Below are positions 60,977 through 64,000 of a DNA stretch of 64,000 nt, one piece after another. The notes beneath the pieces were generated by a model. It was not told the origin of the DNA. It saw only the letters and a list, made by a program, of their open reading frames with translations, and ran no database searches. Both the position numbers and the translations under genes were made by a program. The DNA is taken from assembly GCA_963666365.2 (NCBI GenBank), contig CAXXNF010000001.1, positions 704,001 through 768,000 on the forward strand. The letters run 5' to 3'. This DNA is from Syntrophales bacterium. GTDB lineage: Bacteria; Desulfobacterota; Syntrophia; Syntrophales; UBA2210. The first letter of the stretch is position 1. The number at the start of each line of letters is the position of its first letter.

Positions 60977-63175
60977 CTAGTTGCCCTCTCTCTTGCGCCG
61001 CAACGACTTGATCACCCCTTCTTCCAGCGTATCGATTCCCTCCTTTTTGCCTTCGTAGATCGCCTTCGCCTCGGTGGGATTTTCCACGATGTGGGGAGTC
61101 AGAAATATAAATAGATTCCGCTTCTCCTTGCTCTCCGTTTCGTACTTGAAGAGCCACCCCAGAAAGGGGATGTTCCCCAGACAGGGCACCTGGTAGGTGG
61201 TGTTGGTGATGTCGTCGCCGATGAGGCCGCCGATGACGATCGTATTGTTGTCCTTGACGGTCACCGTTGTTTTCGCGGTCCGCTTCAGCGTCGTCGGTCG
61301 ATAGGCCACGCTCTCGCCCGAAGAGACCACCTTGGTGATCTCCTGGTAGATGTTGAGCCTTACGAAGCGCTCTTCGCTGATCTGGGGCGTCAGCCGCAGC
61401 GTCACGCCCACATCCTTGTACTCGTAGGAACTGTAATCTATATTAATCGAAGAGGTTTCAGATCTGGTCTGATAGGGAATGTTTTCACCCACATAGATCT
61501 CCGCTTCCTCGTTGTCCAGCGTCATGAGCTGGGGCGTGGAGAGAATATGAACGTCCTGGTCCTTCTGATAGGCCTGAAAGACGGCGCCCAGATTGGGGAA
61601 CAGGAAATCGCCGATCTTGATCGTCTCTCCCAGCACCCCCAGCGAAAATCCCTGGGGAAAACTGACTACACCCGTCTTATCAGGTGCAGGAATGATGCTG
61701 CCGCCTCTGAACCCTCCTCCATAGACCTTGGTGCGGCCGTCACTGGAGCTGATATAATCCCCGCCGGTCCATTCCACCCCCATATCGAAGTTCTTGGTTA
61801 TGTTGACTTCCATGATAAGCGCCTCGATGTAGACCATGGGACGGGGAATATCGAGTTTTTTGATCACCTCCTCGAGGACGAGATAATCGTCACGGTCGGC
61901 GGTAATGATAAGGGAATTGGTCGCCTTGTCGGAAACGACATTCACGTTTTTCGACACCACCGGCGCCGTTCCCTTTTCGGTCGCCGCCTTTTCATCCTTT
62001 TTCGAGGGAAGGTTCATGAGTACCTTCGTCAGCTCCTCGGCATCGGCGTTCTGCAGGCGGTAGACCCGGATTTTATCCTCCCCCCGGGGAATTTCCCTGT
62101 CCAGGAGGCTCAACAGCTGCTTGATCCGTTCCGTGTCGTTCTCGCTGGCCAGGACAATGAGCGAGTTCGTTCGTTCGTCCGCCACCAGCTTGACGGGCGG
62201 TTCGATTGATCCCTTCTGATCCTTGGCCGTTTTCTGAAATATCTGACCGAGCGATTTGGTGACCTCGGAAGCCGACGCATATTTGAGCGGAAGCACCGCA
62301 ATTTGTTCCTCGATGCCCTCGATATCGAGGGCGCCGATGATAATGAGCAGCCGCTTGATATTGGAGAGCAGATCGGTCACCACCATCATTCCCGTGGGCG
62401 GGTAGGAAAGAATCACGCTTTCCCTGGACACCAGCGGGGTCAGCACCTTTTTCATCTCATTGGGGCTCGCATACTTCAGAGAGATAATCTGTGTCACCAC
62501 CCGGTCTTCCGGGGTAATCGCCTCTTCCCTGATGCGGGTCTCCACGTTTTTTTCCCTGGCGTCCTTGGTGGGGACAATCTTCGTGATGTCCCCGGCGTCG
62601 ACCACGGTATAGCCGTGCACCTCCAGCACCGATTCGAAGACCTTGTAGGCCTCGCTGACGGAGATCTTCCGGGGAGAAATAATGGTCACGTTCCCCTTCA
62701 CGGCCTTGTCCACGACAAAGTTTTTCCCCGCAAGCTCGCTCATAAATTTAATGAAGACGCGGATATCCACATCATCGAAATCGATGGTCACATACTGCTC
62801 TTCCTTCGGGGAAACCCCCGCCTTTTCATCGGCCGTTTTTTGCACGTTCTTGACATCGGCGTCGGCCGGTCCCTTCGGCGCCGGGGATGTCGCAGCCTGC
62901 GCGATTGGCGGCGCCGGAGGCGCCGCTGGCCTTGCTGCGGGCGGCCTGGCCGGCGCTGACGGCCGCGGCGGCGGCGCCATGGGGCGCACAGTCCTGCCGG
63001 GAGATGGGGCTGGTTGTGCCGCCGGCGCGACAGGCGCGTTTTTCTGCGTCGTGGTCACAACGGCGTCATCTCCCGTCACCCGCGCCGCTTCTCCCGTTCC
63101 CGCACACACAAGCAGGGCGATAGACAGCACTACGCCATAGAACAACAAATTTTTTCTCGTCACGTTCCTCACCAA
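60977..63175 (-). CDS. gspD: Type II secretion secretin GspD
   Basis: N0 domain IDFDDVDIRVFI, ADERTNSLIV, LDIPRPMVYIEALI, YKDVGVTL, VPCLGNIPFLGWLF. Confidence 0.95.
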   Translation of the reverse strand: MVRNVTRKNLLFYGVVLSIALLVCAGTGEAARVTGDDAVVTTTQKNAPVAPAAQPAPSPGRTVRPMAPPPRPSAPARPPAARPAAPPAPPIAQAATSPAPKGPADADVKNVQKTADEKAGVSPKEEQYVTIDFDDVDIRVFIKFMSELAGKNFVVDKAVKGNVTIISPRKISVSEAYKVFESVLEVHGYTVVDAGDITKIVPTKDAREKNVETRIREEAITPEDRVVTQIISLKYASPNEMKKVLTPLVSRESVILSYPPTGMMVVTDLLSNIKRLLIIIGALDIEGIEEQIAVLPLKYASASEVTKSLGQIFQKTAKDQKGSIEPPVKLVADERTNSLIVLASENDTERIKQLLSLLDREIPRGEDKIRVYRLQNADAEELTKVLMNLPSKKDEKAATEKGTAPVVSKNVNVVSDKATNSLIITADRDDYLVLEEVIKKLDIPRPMVYIEALIMEVNITKNFDMGVEWTGGDYISSSDGRTKVYGGGFRGGSIIPAPDKTGVVSFPQGFSLGVLGETIKIGDFLFPNLGAVFQAYQKDQDVHILSTPQLMTLDNEEAEIYVGENIPYQTRSETSSINIDYSSYEYKDVGVTLRLTPQISEERFVRLNIYQEITKVVSSGESVAYRPTTLKRTAKTTVTVKDNNTIVIGGLIGDDITNTTYQVPCLGNIPFLGWLFKYETESKEKRNLFIFLTPHIVENPTEAKAIYEGKKEGIDTLEEGVIKSLRRKREGN

Positions 63176-63192
63176 AGGGGCTCCTTACCGCA

Positions 63193-63882
63193 TTAATGCG
63201 CTGATCTTAACTCCATAAGCGCGCGAAATTGATCTGTCCCGCGCAATCCCTCCAAGTCTCTATCATTTTTTGCCCAGTTTTTCACATCATTATTCAAACG
63301 CAGCGCTTTTTCAAGATATTCCAGCCCTTTTACCCTGTTCCCTTCGCGGGAGTAGAGACAGGCCAGATTATAGTAGGGATCAACATAGTCCATTTTATGG
63401 GCGATCGCCCGTTCAAAATGCGTCCGCGCACGGTCCATGTCCTTCTTTGCAAGAAATATCACCCCCAGGTTGTTGAGCGCAGCCGCGTGAGAGGGCGCTT
63501 CTTTCAGGATGTGCCCGTAGATGTCTTCGGCCTTATCGAGGAGTCCTTCTTTTTGATACCGCAGGGCCTCGCCATATAAGGCGCCGAGGGCAGGGACTTT
63601 GTCCGCCTTCCCTTTCTGTGCCTCCCCTCCGGGTCCCGTGGAAAGGGTGTGCGTCTTCAACGCCCTCCTGTCATCCTCTTTCGCACCACCGGGCATTTCT
63701 TCTTTCAGGAGCCATGCCCCGGCAAAAATAATTAGAATCAGCGCCGAGACCAGCAGTGCCGGCCGCAGCAGACGGCGGCGGACGGCTGCACGCTCCGGCG
63801 CCCCTATCACGCCGCCGTAGTGGGCATAAAGACTGTCTTTTTCCTGCTGTGCCTTTTTTAATGCATCGTGAATATGGCTCAC
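63193..63882 (-). CDS. Membrane-anchored TPR protein with GspB/ExeB-like N-terminus
   Basis: SHIHDALKKAQ, TM helix, ALNNLGVI and YYNLACLY TPR motifs. Confidence 0.8.
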   Translation of the reverse strand: MSHIHDALKKAQQEKDSLYAHYGGVIGAPERAAVRRRLLRPALLVSALILIIFAGAWLLKEEMPGGAKEDDRRALKTHTLSTGPGGEAQKGKADKVPALGALYGEALRYQKEGLLDKAEDIYGHILKEAPSHAAALNNLGVIFLAKKDMDRARTHFERAIAHKMDYVDPYYNLACLYSREGNRVKGLEYLEKALRLNNDVKNWAKNDRDLEGLRGTDQFRALMELRSAH

Positions 63883-64000
63883 GACCACCCCCGCAGGAAG
63901 ATGAATGAAAGCCCCTCACGAATCGTGTCGTACAATGCGGTGTAGACAAGAATGCCCAGAAGCACTGCAAGAACCGCGAGCAGCATCAGTATGTCCCTGC
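63879..64000 (-). CDS. 3' end of an upstream gene with a C-terminal TM segment (partial)
   Basis: ...RDILMLLAVLAVLLGILVYTALY...RGWS-stop; TGA overlaps the next GTG. Confidence 0.6.
   Translation of the reverse strand, partial: RDILMLLAVLAVLLGILVYTALYDTIREGLSFIFLRGWS

Overview
64 kb accessory-rich region, probably from a Desulfobacterota-like anaerobe (inferred from gene content). Left end: a >1470-aa secreted protein running off the edge, then a marR-hgcA-hgcB mercury-methylation operon. hgcA has an unannotated N-terminal extension with an in-frame UGA and a SECIS-like hairpin (candidate selenocysteine). The hgcB 3' end recurs as a diverged copy on the far side of a PKD-repeat gene. Next come a radical SAM gene, a sigma-54 activator, and a sigma-54 operon encoding a KamA-family aminomutase, two Ddl-like ATP-grasp ligases and a GNAT (pathway unknown), followed by a peptidase and a hybrid kinase. 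The middle is an RHS polymorphic-toxin locus: a partner protein, a full RHS with its downstream gene, and an orphan RHS. Its modules are bordered by Y1 (HUH/RAYT-like) transposase elements, and an IS1182 carrying IS66, IS21 and IS1634-like insertions sits within it. Right end: gldA, an RluA-family synthase, a large MORN/CARDB/dockerin-like protein, nitroreductase, mscS, frameshifted ldtD, mepK, a frameshifted cold-shock gene and T2SS genes gspE/gspD. No rRNA, tRNA or CRISPR array seen. All family assignments are by motif recognition; no searches were run.
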